A DNA stretch of 64,000 nucleotides from Sphingobium sp. 66-54 (lineage in GTDB: Bacteria; Pseudomonadota; Alphaproteobacteria; Sphingomonadales; Sphingomonadaceae). The stretch covers positions 6,446-70,445 of the forward strand of contig MKWI01000019.1 of NCBI GenBank assembly GCA_001899715.1, read 5' to 3'. The position numbers and the translations under genes are program-made. How positions within the stretch are numbered: position 1 is the first letter of the stretch; every line of letters starts with the position of its first letter. Below the pieces are notes generated by a model. That model was not told where the DNA came from. It made no database searches and saw only the letters and a program-made list of their open reading frames with translations. Shown piece after piece: positions 46,770 to 55,309 of the stretch.

Positions 46770-49700
46770 TGCTGGGGTCTCCAACACGCGGGCGCCGCGC
46801 TCGCCCGCCGCGTGCCCGCGCTCTGCGTGCCAGCGTGCCGACCGCCACGGGTACGATCTGGCACGTGCCGACGCTCGGGCTGCTGGCGCCGGTCACATGG
46901 GCCAGGGCCAGTGGCCACGCCAATCTCTCGCTCACCGCCGCGACCGGCGCGATCGCCGCCGCGACGGCGCTGGCGGCGGGTGAGAACCAGGCGATTGCCG
47001 GCACCGCCACCGGCGCGGACGGGGTGGTGATTCCGTGGGCCGCGACACTGGTCGGCGCGGTTGCCCGGCCAGCCGCGCCGACGATCGGGCTGGAGCCGGG
47101 AGATGGGCAGATCGTGGTCACGGTGACGGACGGCGCCGATGGTGGCGCGCAGATCACCCACCACCGCCTCTATCTCGGTACCGCGAGCGGCGATCTGGCG
47201 GTGCTGGCCACCGTGGCGGCGGCCGATACCCACATCATCGACGATCTGACCAACGACGCGGAAGTGTTCGTGCAGGCCAGTTCGATCAACAGCGCGGGCG
47301 AGGGGCCCCGCTCCGAAGAAAAGAGCGTCACGCCCCGCGCGCCGATCCTGCTCGGCCTGCCGACGCTCACCCCGGCGACGATCGCCGAGGGCGCGGCACC
47401 TGGCACGCCGGTCGGGGCGCTCGGCAATATTCTGACCGGGGCGGACGTCACTCTTTCCAGCGATGCCGGTGGCCGCTTCGCGCTGACCGGCGATGGCAGG
47501 ATCGTCGCCGGGCTGACCGCCACCGATTACGAGACCGCGCCGGACCACGCTTACGAGATCGGGATCACCCAGACGCTGGAGACGGCCGCCAATTCGCCAC
47601 GCACCGATCTGCTCGCCATCGCGGTGACAGATGTCGAGGAAGCCCCCGCCGAGGCCCCCTCCATCGCCTTCGCGGATGGCATCTTCACCAACACCAACGG
47701 CGATCTAGGCCAGTGGTATCGCGATGACACAGCAATCTCTGGCGAGACCGGGGCTACCTACACTTACGTCGAGGCAACCGACGCGGGTCGCGCGATCTCG
47801 CAATATGTTGACGGCGTTCGGTCGATCAACGTCTTCGTCCAGCAAGCAGCAGGGCTGCCGATTTACAGCGATGATTTCAGCTACCCGACCAATGACAAGC
47901 TGGTCTCGCATGGTTGGACCGGCCTACCGGTAGGCGGCGACACCCAGTTCAATAAATATATCGCAAACGCTTCTGGGAAGGCATCCTGCGCGTCGCTCTC
48001 GACCGTTGGCGGCGACCGGCCGATAGTCATCCGCGACACGGGCAGCGTCACGCACTTTATCGAATGGGACGGCGGCAACACCGCTTGGCGTGTCGTTCTC
48101 GCGGGCGTTGATAGCAAAAACTACATGATGATAGCTGGAGGGACGTATCCGGGCGTCTATCAGGTCGTTGGCGGCGCCACCACGAACTTCCAGGGTATCA
48201 GCAACGCCCTGAAAATCGCCAACGCGGACGTGGCAGGCAACCGCTTCCGCGCTGAAATTCTCTCGAACGGCTCATTCCGCATATTGTTTAAAGCGGTCGG
48301 AGATCCCGAGTTCAAGCCCTACTCTCTGGTCAATCCAGCGGGGGCTGACTCTGCTCAGACGGACGTGAGTTACCCAATCAACGCCGCCTTGCTGGCGGGC
48401 ACATTCATTGGTTTAGGCGGCAGTACGTCAGGAACGGCCACATGGGACAATGTGGCGTGGGGTTCGATGCTCCGGCCGATCATCATCAACAGTGTCTCAA
48501 TCGCCGAGGATGGCTCGATCCAGCTTACTGGCACGGCGACCCGCTTCACGGCGGCGCTTGCGCTCATTCAGGATGCGGACACGGGCGAACTTATCGCCGA
48601 TTGGACGCCGGTCGATGGCGCGGCTCCCAACTACACAGTTGTGGCCCCGCTTCCGGTTGAGGCGCAGGGCCGGAATATCCGTGCATGGCTGACGGACACA
48701 GTTCACCCGGAAGATGCCGCATCCGTTACGATTTCGGTTCCATATCACGACGAAATCCGTCCGCTTGTGTTCGGCATGAACAGCAATGGAGTTGTTAGTT
48801 ATAGTGCCCACGATATTGTAAGAGACCGCGGACGTGTTATCTCTTGGAGATATAAAGACAGTGTATCAGGCCGTCACAACTATGTCCCAGACAGCGAAAA
48901 GAATGAAGATGGGTGGCCTATAGTCCATCCTTCTGAAACAAGCGTAACTGTTGCTCAAGGGCAGCCTACCACCTTTGATAGTTTTGCGGCTGTCGTTTGG
49001 GAAGGCAGCAATTGGCATATCGGCACTAGACACGGTGTTTGGGATTGCAGTCTGAATGCTCCTGCAACCATATCAAAAGATAGCGGCACTGGTGTTACCA
49101 TCAATGTTCTTTCTAATACCTCGTTTACTCTTGATGCAGGGTCGGATGAAGGACAGTCAATCAACTATTCGGTCCTGTTAAAGAACCCGACCGTGCCGCC
49201 GGAAGGCTTCCAGCTTTCTGTTATGCAGGCAGATGACCCGCATCCTGAAAAGATGTTCACAGACAGCGCCGCCACAATCTGGCACGCCAATACCTTCGGC
49301 GGCGAACTCTGGTGGCGCGACATGAAGGACAGCGGCGCAGAGGATGCGCCGGCATCCGGCAGGCTATTCCGCCGCCTTATGGCCACCCCCGAAGCGGCAG
49401 CCGCTCGCTACACCGAGCTTGGTCAGCACACATTCCACAACTTTGCCTGGAGCGACGTGGCCTTCCGCTTCAACGAAGTGGTCAAGCCGTGGCTCGATAA
49501 TTGGAAGCTGCTCGCGAACCCGGCCGCAAAACTCAACGTCGAGGTTAGCAACGAGGACTGGAACACGGCATACGCCGCCAAGATGGAGGGCATGATGACC
49601 CATGCCAGCCAGATGCGGATGCTGGAGGGCGTAACGATCCCGGCGGGTGTCACAGTCACCAACGAGCGGGCCAATGTGAACCCGTCAACCGGTGTCACTG

Positions 49701-50605
49701 CGCGCGCGTTTGAGCCGGGCGAGTGGTTCTACTGCCGAACCGTTGATAGCTTGGACTCTTCAAAGAACTATCAAAACGTTCTCATCGAAGTCATCGCATC
49801 GAGCACAGTAGCCGCAGGTGCAATCGTGGACGTGCGCGACAATGCCGATTTTGCTGTCAAAGCGCTCCATTCCGGTTTGATGCAAGGTGCACGTCGATTG
49901 CAGGCCAGTCTCCAGAAGCAGGTGGGTCTATACGGCAAGACCAACGTCGGCGCGCGCTTCTCCAGCACGCTTGGCGCATGGAAGGGCGACAGCGTCTCCA
50001 CCATCGTGGACGCATTGCTCTATGGCGATAACTGGCAAGGCATCGACTGGTATTCGCCCAGCTTTTACGCAGGTAGCGGCGACAAATACGGCACGTTGCC
50101 GTGGCATCTTGACCATACAAGCGATCTTAGCTCGTTTAAGAATGGTTTCTTCGCTGAGTGGCGCTCAACGACCGATGAGATGATCTCGAAGCTTGTAACG
50201 CTCAAGCATGGCGTGCTGAATGCGCTTGTCGCTGCCGGTGTCCCGCCTGCGCAATGTCCGCGCATGGGGCAACTTTACGAGGGTGGCAACCACAACATCA
50301 TTGTCGATCCGGGCGGCGGTAGCGCTATGTCGCAGACGGATCGGGATGGCGTGTTGGCTGCGCTTGAAGCCTGTCTCATCGACGCACGCGCAGGCGATGA
50401 GGTCACTTACGAACTTGCGCAACTTCGCACAAAGATTGGCGGCGTCTGCGTCTGGTTCAGCGATGTGGAGCGTCCATTTTGGAACAGTAACCAGCTCCAG
50501 TTCTTCGGCATCCGCAAATATGCGACTGATGGCGCGTGGAACAACGGCGGGGCGGATGAACAGCGCTATGCCGCTGCCGTCGCGGCGTTCGCGGAGGCCG
50601 GATGA
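46769..50605 (+). CDS. 1278-aa FN3/cadherin/Ig-like plus putative clan-GH-A glycoside hydrolase protein
   Basis: FN3 (~aa99-190, ..SINSAGEGPRSE..VTP), cadherin-like (DYET..TDVEE), QWYRD..ISG.TG.TY, C-terminal GMN..D.WP..EVSNEDWN..YEGGNH. Confidence 0.7.
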   Translation: MLGSPTRGRRARPPRARALRASVPTATGTIWHVPTLGLLAPVTWARASGHANLSLTAATGAIAAATALAAGENQAIAGTATGADGVVIPWAATLVGAVARPAAPTIGLEPGDGQIVVTVTDGADGGAQITHHRLYLGTASGDLAVLATVAAADTHIIDDLTNDAEVFVQASSINSAGEGPRSEEKSVTPRAPILLGLPTLTPATIAEGAAPGTPVGALGNILTGADVTLSSDAGGRFALTGDGRIVAGLTATDYETAPDHAYEIGITQTLETAANSPRTDLLAIAVTDVEEAPAEAPSIAFADGIFTNTNGDLGQWYRDDTAISGETGATYTYVEATDAGRAISQYVDGVRSINVFVQQAAGLPIYSDDFSYPTNDKLVSHGWTGLPVGGDTQFNKYIANASGKASCASLSTVGGDRPIVIRDTGSVTHFIEWDGGNTAWRVVLAGVDSKNYMMIAGGTYPGVYQVVGGATTNFQGISNALKIANADVAGNRFRAEILSNGSFRILFKAVGDPEFKPYSLVNPAGADSAQTDVSYPINAALLAGTFIGLGGSTSGTATWDNVAWGSMLRPIIINSVSIAEDGSIQLTGTATRFTAALALIQDADTGELIADWTPVDGAAPNYTVVAPLPVEAQGRNIRAWLTDTVHPEDAASVTISVPYHDEIRPLVFGMNSNGVVSYSAHDIVRDRGRVISWRYKDSVSGRHNYVPDSEKNEDGWPIVHPSETSVTVAQGQPTTFDSFAAVVWEGSNWHIGTRHGVWDCSLNAPATISKDSGTGVTINVLSNTSFTLDAGSDEGQSINYSVLLKNPTVPPEGFQLSVMQADDPHPEKMFTDSAATIWHANTFGGELWWRDMKDSGAEDAPASGRLFRRLMATPEAAAARYTELGQHTFHNFAWSDVAFRFNEVVKPWLDNWKLLANPAAKLNVEVSNEDWNTAYAAKMEGMMTHASQMRMLEGVTIPAGVTVTNERANVNPSTGVTARAFEPGEWFYCRTVDSLDSSKNYQNVLIEVIASSTVAAGAIVDVRDNADFAVKALHSGLMQGARRLQASLQKQVGLYGKTNVGARFSSTLGAWKGDSVSTIVDALLYGDNWQGIDWYSPSFYAGSGDKYGTLPWHLDHTSDLSSFKNGFFAEWRSTTDEMISKLVTLKHGVLNALVAAGVPPAQCPRMGQLYEGGNHNIIVDPGGGSAMSQTDRDGVLAALEACLIDARAGDEVTYELAQLRTKIGGVCVWFSDVERPFWNSNQLQFFGIRKYATDGAWNNGGADEQRYAAAVAAFAEAG

Positions 50606-50874
50606 TGACCGGCGAACGCGAACTTGGGGCCAAGCTGGATCGCGCGCTGGGCCGGCTCGATGCGATCATCGCGACCCAGACAGAGCAGAGCGAGAAGTTC
50701 GACCATCTCTCGGAACGGGTGGCGAAGGTTGAGCAAGGCGTCTGCGACACGCGCGACGTGGTGGCCGCCTGGACGGCAGCCAAGACCTCGATGCGCTTCA
50801 TCAAATGGGTTGTTGGGCTCGCCGGCGCGGTTGTCGGCCTGTTCTTCGCTCTCAAAGGAGGGCTCGGCAGATGA
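50602..50874 (+). CDS. Probable holin (coiled coil plus C-terminal TM)
   Basis: Directly upstream of the lysozyme; single C-terminal TM. Confidence 0.5.
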   Translation: MMTGERELGAKLDRALGRLDAIIATQTEQSEKFDHLSERVAKVEQGVCDTRDVVAAWTAAKTSMRFIKWVVGLAGAVVGLFFALKGGLGR

Positions 50875-51350
50875 GCAACCTCAAACTCGCAGTCACGGCC
50901 GTGGGCGGTGCCGGCATCACCGCTGCGCTGCTCATCGCCACGCCGGTCATCCAGAAATGGGAGGGCACCCGGCTCGACCCATACAAGGATATCGTCGGGA
51001 TCAACACGGTCTGCACCGGTGAGACGCGGGTCCAAATGCGGCGATACACGCCGGGCGAATGCGCCGCGATGCTCCGCCGAACGCTGGAACTGGACTATGC
51101 GCCGGCGGTGCTCAAGGCCGTGCCGGCGCTCAAGAACCGGCCCAACCAGTTCGCCGCCGCCATCTCGCTCACTTACAATATCGGTGAGGTCGCGTTTGCC
51201 CGCTCGACCGTGGCGCGGCGCTTCAATACCGGCGACTGGCGCGGGGGTTGCGACGCCTTCCGCATGTGGGTCAATGCCGGCGGGCGACGCATTCAGGGCT
51301 TGGTCAATCGGAGGGAGGACGAGCGCAAGCTCTGCCTCACGGGGTTGTGA
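50871..51350 (+). CDS. GH24 lysozyme with SAR-like N-terminus
   Basis: E-x8-D-x5-T triad (WEG..YKD..INT), YNIG, GL.NRR..E; Gly/Ala-rich N-terminal helix. Confidence 0.93.
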   Translation: MSNLKLAVTAVGGAGITAALLIATPVIQKWEGTRLDPYKDIVGINTVCTGETRVQMRRYTPGECAAMLRRTLELDYAPAVLKAVPALKNRPNQFAAAISLTYNIGEVAFARSTVARRFNTGDWRGGCDAFRMWVNAGGRRIQGLVNRREDERKLCLTGL

Positions 51351-51352
51351 CC

Positions 51353-51856
51353 ATGCTGCTCACTCGCTTCGCGCCGCATCTCGGCGTAGCCGCGATTCTC
51401 GTCATCGCCGCCCTATCGACCGGCCTCGCGCTCACTCGTGGCAAATTGGTGGACGCGCGCCAGGACCTGCGCGTTGAGAAGGCACTGCACGAGACCGATA
51501 CCGCCAACTTCAAGGCCGCGCAGGCGAAGGCCAACGCCGACTGGCAGGCCGAAATGGCCCGCGTCCAAACCGTCAATCGGAGACTGAACGATGAAGCCGA
51601 TCGCAGGGCCGATGCTGGCCGCGCTGACTATGCTGCTCGCGTCATGCGGCTCCCCGCCGCCACAGCCGATCCCGGTCTATCCAGCGACCGTGAGATGCCC
51701 GGCCCCGGAAGCGCCCCGAGCCCTGACGGACCCGGTGGAGATTCCATCCTTCTTGCGCGCGCCGATGCCCTGATCTGCGCGACCAACACCGCCCGGTTGC
51801 AGGCGGCTCACGAGTGGGCGCTAGTCTTGGCGGATCAGACGAAGGCTACCCGGTAG
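51353..51856 (+). CDS. Rz: Rz-like i-spanin
   Basis: N-terminal TM, coiled coil, C-terminal Cys; after the endolysin. Confidence 0.8.
   Translation: MLLTRFAPHLGVAAILVIAALSTGLALTRGKLVDARQDLRVEKALHETDTANFKAAQAKANADWQAEMARVQTVNRRLNDEADRRADAGRADYAARVMRLPAATADPGLSSDREMPGPGSAPSPDGPGGDSILLARADALICATNTARLQAAHEWALVLADQTKATR
51591..51773 (+). CDS. Rz1: Rz1-like o-spanin embedded in Rz
   Basis: Lipobox LASC, Pro-rich mature part, +1 frame within Rz. Confidence 0.8.
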   Translation: MKPIAGPMLAALTMLLASCGSPPPQPIPVYPATVRCPAPEAPRALTDPVEIPSFLRAPMP

Positions 51857-52350
51857 CGACGACGCCGCAGCACCGCGCCTGCCAGCGCGAAACCGCCGAT
51901 CATCATGGCCCATGTTGCCGGCTCTGGCAGAGGGTAGAGCTTGCCGAACGAAACCGATGGATTGGTGTCGGATCGAATGAAATCATTATCAGGGGTCAGG
52001 CGAATCTTATTGAATGTAAGACTAACAAATTCAAAATCCTCGCCATCGCCGTAGCTATAAAAGCCGTATCCTGATCCTGTGTACCAATTACCATCTGAAT
52101 GTGACGATTGGCTATCGTCAAATGTAAAGTTAGCTTCCCCGGAATACCATCCACCACTACCATAGCTAAGCCTAAATACGCCAATATCGAAGCTAGAGAT
52201 GCACGATGTTTGAGTGCAATAGCCATAAAGCAGCGCGGATGATGTGCCTCTAGAAGACAGAGCGCTGCCACTTATCTCTATAAATAATTCTGCCTGCGCA
52301 GGCATCGCCGCTACGCCGCCCAACAAGGCGGCGATCAGTAGTTTTCGCAT
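51835..52350 (-). CDS. PEPxxWA-CTERM exported protein (moron)
   Basis: Signal peptide (..PAQA), C-terminal LPEPATWAMMIGGF..G..LRRRR; low GC; GGAGG RBS. Confidence 0.92.
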   Translation of the reverse strand: MRKLLIAALLGGVAAMPAQAELFIEISGSALSSRGTSSALLYGYCTQTSCISSFDIGVFRLSYGSGGWYSGEANFTFDDSQSSHSDGNWYTGSGYGFYSYGDGEDFEFVSLTFNKIRLTPDNDFIRSDTNPSVSFGKLYPLPEPATWAMMIGGFALAGAVLRRRRYRVAFV

Positions 52351-52439
52351 AGTCACCTCCCACAGTGATGAGGAGGTCATGACACCCTGCCGGCGAGTCG
52401 GTCAAATCTGGTTAACGTCCCGTTATGGGATCAGCGCCG

Positions 52440-53129
52440 TCAGCCCAGATGCCCCGCCTCATCAAGATGGTCGATGGTCGCATCGAGCAGCATGGCCCGG
52501 TCGCGCGCGGTGAAGCCGAACAATTGCCGCTCGGCATAGCGGATTGCGGGCGATGCGGGCGAGGGCCGGTCGAACAGGCCGAACTGGTGGATGCGCGCGA
52601 CGGCGGCCACGCGGCCGGCAAAGGCCACGAACGCCTCCTGTGCGGTCGCGTCCGCACGCATGGCGCCGCTGCGCCGGATCTTGCGGAACATGGCGCGCTG
52701 GCGGACGGTGGGGCGGCGAAGCTGGCCGGCGCCCTTGTTCTGCTCGCCCTGCTCGACGGGAAGCCAGCGAGTGACCTTGCGCCATTCGAAAGACCGCAGG
52801 CCGCCCGCCTCCACGTCATAGCCGGTCATCAGCGGCCCTTGCCGCGTCCAGCTATGCATGGTGACGAGGCGCGGCGGGCCGGAGCCGCCGGCGGGGTAGA
52901 GGAACTTGACCGCATAACCGCCCGGCACCGGATCCTGTGGCCGCTTGCGCGGTTCGAACCGCGAGCCATCCGGGTTCTTCTGGGCCGTGATGCGCTGCTG
53001 CTGGCTTTTGCGCAGGGACCGCGCCATCTTGCGGAGCAGGCTGCGCCGCTCGGCCGGCTTGAGCGAGGCGAGGATGGCGCCGGCGAAGCGCTCCAGCTCG
53101 CCCAGATCATCGGCGCCCAGATCGGCCAT
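52440..53129 (-). CDS. S: Tail completion protein S with internal insertion
   Basis: LR.SQ..RI..QKNPDGS.FEPRK, ARIHQFG, Y..RQL.GF. Confidence 0.9.
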   Translation of the reverse strand: MADLGADDLGELERFAGAILASLKPAERRSLLRKMARSLRKSQQQRITAQKNPDGSRFEPRKRPQDPVPGGYAVKFLYPAGGSGPPRLVTMHSWTRQGPLMTGYDVEAGGLRSFEWRKVTRWLPVEQGEQNKGAGQLRRPTVRQRAMFRKIRRSGAMRADATAQEAFVAFAGRVAAVARIHQFGLFDRPSPASPAIRYAERQLFGFTARDRAMLLDATIDHLDEAGHLG

Positions 53130-53659
53130 CAGGGATCCGGGGGCAGGGGATAGCCCACCAGCAGCGCGCCATCGTGGAAGATGCGCTTGAGCAGTGCGAT
53201 GGGATCGGCCGGCGGGACGCCGGGGAGATCGAGCGGCGATCCTTCGTCGACCACGCGCGGCTCCTCGCGCAGCGTCATCGTAAAGCTGCCGTCCTCTTGC
53301 GGCGCCACATCCACCGCCTCGGTCATCGGGAGCTGGATGGTGATGTCCACCGCGCCATTGTCGACAATATCCAGCTCGAAGCGGATCGCGCTGTCCGCCC
53401 GCTCATGGTTCTGGAGCACGGCCGGCTCATAGAGGCGCAACCAGAGCAGCAGCGGCAGGAAGAACGCCGCCGGCTGCCCCCGGAAGCCGAGCAGGTCGAT
53501 CTGGAGCTGCGCATCATACTGGAAGCCGAGATTGGCGCCGTAACGCCCACGCAACCGGCCGCCGGTCATGTAGATGGCGAGCTTGTCGGGATCGCGCGCC
53601 AGCTCGGGCAGGGCCTCGACCAGATAGGCGCGCAGGGCCTCGTGCTTGGGGGGCGCCAT
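53129..53659 (-). CDS. R: Tail completion protein R
   Basis: K..ALR..L..A.PEL..DP..L, LL.WLR..P. Confidence 0.88.
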   Translation of the reverse strand: MAPPKHEALRAYLVEALPELARDPDKLAIYMTGGRLRGRYGANLGFQYDAQLQIDLLGFRGQPAAFFLPLLLWLRLYEPAVLQNHERADSAIRFELDIVDNGAVDITIQLPMTEAVDVAPQEDGSFTMTLREEPRVVDEGSPLDLPGVPPADPIALLKRIFHDGALLVGYPLPPDP

Positions 53660-53665
53660 GCGGGG

Positions 53666-53884
53666 TCAGTCCCAGAGATGCACAATGGCGCGGGCCGGCG
53701 CCTCCGGGGTGAGCAGCAGGGGCAGGGAGACGGGATGCCCCTCCGGCAGCACCGGGCCAAGCGCGGCGATATCGCGGTTGAGATCGAGCACCTGCTCGAC
53801 TGTGCCGGAGCCAGCGCCAAGCACGCGCCACACCAGCGCGTCGACCGTTTCGCCCTGGAGCGCGGTGGCGGTGAAGGTGGTCAT
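53666..53884 (-). CDS. X: Tail protein X
   Basis: ALQGETVDAL.WR..G..EQVL..N..A..LPEG..V.LP..V.LWD. Confidence 0.92.
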   Translation of the reverse strand: MTTFTATALQGETVDALVWRVLGAGSGTVEQVLDLNRDIAALGPVLPEGHPVSLPLLLTPEAPARAIVHLWD

Positions 53885-54381
53885 CAGATCAACTCCACCG
53901 CGGTACGGCGCTGGCCGAGGATGGCACGGATGGCGTGGACGCCGTTGCGGCGATGATCGTCCGGCGTCATCGCCTGATGCTCGATCTGGCTTACGCCGGT
54001 GCCGGTGGCCGTCACGTCGCGGTGCGTCTCGATCAGGTCGGCGGCGGCGAAGGCATGCACTGCGCGGCGCCACAGGATGGCGAGGCGGCTCTCACTGGCT
54101 GTCTCGCCCGCGCCATGTGTGATCGCCTCGGCCGGCACGTCCGCCAGCGTGACATGGCCTTCCGCCTCGCGCACGGCGCGCCAGTCCGCCAGATTGTCCG
54201 CCGTGATGATCGCCGCGCCGAGCAGCGCCTCAACAACGCGCGGGTGCGGGATATCCTGATTGCCGATGCGCATCGCATCGCGGAAGCGGTTGATGTCGAT
54301 CGACGGCCAGAAGCTGCCCACCGAAACGATGGCGCCGGCGGGGCTAGCGGGCGAGGGGGGCGAGGCGATAAAACCGGACAT
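53884..54381 (-). CDS. L: Head completion protein L
   Basis: FWP.ID...FR..MRI, RDV.AT..G, AI..ILG..R..VELI. Confidence 0.9.
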   Translation of the reverse strand: MSGFIASPPSPASPAGAIVSVGSFWPSIDINRFRDAMRIGNQDIPHPRVVEALLGAAIITADNLADWRAVREAEGHVTLADVPAEAITHGAGETASESRLAILWRRAVHAFAAADLIETHRDVTATGTGVSQIEHQAMTPDDHRRNGVHAIRAILGQRRTAVELI

Positions 54382-54482
54382 GGGTCCTCCGCTCAAAAAT
54401 GCGGGGGGTGGGGATCAGAGCCGGACGGTTGCGCGAGCGCGTGTTCGGTTCGTCACCGCCCCCCGGCGCCGGGGGCGCAAGC

Positions 54483-55226
54483 TCAGTCGTTCGCAGCGCG
54501 GACCTTGGCCTCTAGCTGCTCGATATCCTTTTTGACGCCGCATTTCTTATCGAGCTGCAGCGCGCGGCGGAAGGCGGCAAGCGCCTCAAGCTGGGCCGAT
54601 TCCCGGCCGCCAGCGGGCGCGCTCTCGGGGTGCTCGACAAGGCGGGCATAGGCCCGGCGCAGCGAGCGCCCGCGCGCCTTGAACAGCTTCGCCCGCACCT
54701 GGTCGGGCATGTCATGCTCGGCGGTGAGCGCGTTGGCCTGGTCGATGATGGCGAGCGAAAATTCATGCCCGTCGCGATCCATCGCCAGCGCGGCCTCGGC
54801 GACTTCCTCGGCGATCAGCGTGGCGGCCTGGCGCTGCATGCGCTGGGGCATGGCGAGGCCGAAGCGCAGCACATGCGCTGCGATCTCAAGGCCGGCCGCG
54901 AAATCGCCGATATCGAAGCGCCAGATCATCATGGTCGCCACGATCTCGTCCTGCACCGCCTTGCCGCTCTGCGCGGAGGCGTCCAGCGTGGCATCGACGT
55001 GATGATCGTAGCTGACAATCATCTCGCGCTTGAGCGCGATCTTGCCCTCGACCGATTGCACCTCGCGCAGCCGCGCCAGATCCTTGCCCAGCTCGGCGAG
55101 CAGCAGCTCATAGGCGCTCGCCTCCGGTCCATCCTTGGGGCGGGCGGCGGCGACCCCCTCGGGCGCTTTGGCGGCGGCCTGCCGGGCAAGGATTTTCTGG
55201 CGATGGCGGGCGGCGGGGGAAAGCAT
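54483..55226 (-). CDS. M: Terminase endonuclease subunit M
   Basis: SPA.RH, QDEI....MIWRFD.G, DMPDQVRAKL.K, GVKKDI. Confidence 0.92.
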   Translation of the reverse strand: MLSPAARHRQKILARQAAAKAPEGVAAARPKDGPEASAYELLLAELGKDLARLREVQSVEGKIALKREMIVSYDHHVDATLDASAQSGKAVQDEIVATMMIWRFDIGDFAAGLEIAAHVLRFGLAMPQRMQRQAATLIAEEVAEAALAMDRDGHEFSLAIIDQANALTAEHDMPDQVRAKLFKARGRSLRRAYARLVEHPESAPAGGRESAQLEALAAFRRALQLDKKCGVKKDIEQLEAKVRAAND

Positions 55227-55309
55227 GCGGATCGTCCTAATGGATACGGGAGATTGGGGAGATCAGGCTGGCGAACCGGCCCGATCTCCCCGCTTCGTCG
55301 CGGTGGTTA

